DNA of 24,000 bases from assembly GCA_017936665.1 (NCBI GenBank), contig JAGBFB010000023.1, positions 46,457 to 70,456 of the forward strand, given 5' to 3'. The stretch is from Spirochaetaceae bacterium. GTDB taxonomy: Bacteria > Spirochaetota > Spirochaetia > Treponematales > Treponemataceae. The position numbers were made by a program, and so were the translations under genes. A model generated the notes under the pieces. That model saw only the letters and a list, made by a program, of their open reading frames with translations. It did no database searches and was not told the origin of the DNA. Position 1 is the stretch's first letter. Each line of letters opens with the position of its first letter. Shown piece by piece: positions 23,802-24,000 of the stretch.

Positions 23802-24000
23802 TGTACTTTCTAGAATAGAAAGATTGATAGTAATAAAATATTTACAAGACAACTTACCTAAATTACTCATTAAGGCTATTTCCACAGAATACATTCCATC
23901 AGAAAAAAATACACCAAAATTTTTACCATTAGAAATTGAAAAAAATAATTATTCAATTTTGGAACAAGGAATAATTTTTTTTTCCAGAGAACAAGTTTCT
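23794..24000 (+). CDS. N-terminal fragment of a hypothetical protein (runs off the right edge)
   Basis: Hand-read frame from GTG 23794 is open to the window end (VSDVLSRIERLIVIKYLQDNLPKLLIKAISTEYIPSEKNTPKFLPLEIEKNNYSILEQGIIFFSREQVS). GGGAG (23781-23785) lies 8 nt upstream. It overlaps the previous stop by 8 nt. It is absent from the track, presumably because no stop lies in the window. Confidence 0.4.
   Translation, partial: MSDVLSRIERLIVIKYLQDNLPKLLIKAISTEYIPSEKNTPKFLPLEIEKNNYSILEQGIIFFSREQVS

Noticed and set aside
1-24000. Scan for CRISPR arrays, tandem or long direct repeats, IS elements and prophage genes
   Set aside because: None is seen by eye. The only repeated elements are similar promoter hexamers and G6 Shine-Dalgarno runs. 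Homopolymer tracts (T9-T10, G6, C6) lie in terminators or SDs, or are too short to argue for phase variation.

Overview
This is a low-GC (about 30% by eye), gene-dense chromosomal segment, almost certainly from a Treponema-like spirochaete. The evidence is a near full-length match to the spirochaete-specific periplasmic-flagellum sheath protein FlaA (6055-7110). Most of the window is core housekeeping. It encodes tRNA-Glu(UUC), tRNA-Pro(UGG), S20, an HU-family protein, bactofilin, Rho, L31, Rex, an RlmK-like methyltransferase, alanine racemase, aconitase, a DinG-type Fe-S helicase and CreD. I see no integrase, transposase, CRISPR array, long repeat or obvious compositional island, and nothing with the hallmarks of a mobile or defence island. 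Several parts are still unusual. (1) A translationally coupled operon (2-5975) ends just upstream of flaA. It contains an 858-aa three-enzyme fusion (cytidylyltransferase, PseG-like module, zinc-ribbon SAM methyltransferase) and an ATP-grasp ligase. This is a probable tailored nonulosonic-acid (flagellin glycan) module, and it is coupled to a peptidoglycan amidase and a GerMN protein. (2) A 56-aa basic zinc-ribbon gene (12139-12309) is missing from the ORF track, yet it has a perfect consensus promoter, a strong SD and its own terminator. (3) A near-consensus Rex operator palindrome lies upstream of hup-bactofilin-rho, and rex itself lies 4 kb away. (4) Rho carries a roughly 127-aa low-complexity N-terminal extension. 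(5) A ComFB-like domain is fused to a carboxypeptidase-regulatory-like domain, next to a SAMHD1-like HD phosphohydrolase. (6) A small alarmone synthetase is fused to TPR repeats. All functional calls rest on motif recognition in the supplied translations. No database search was possible.
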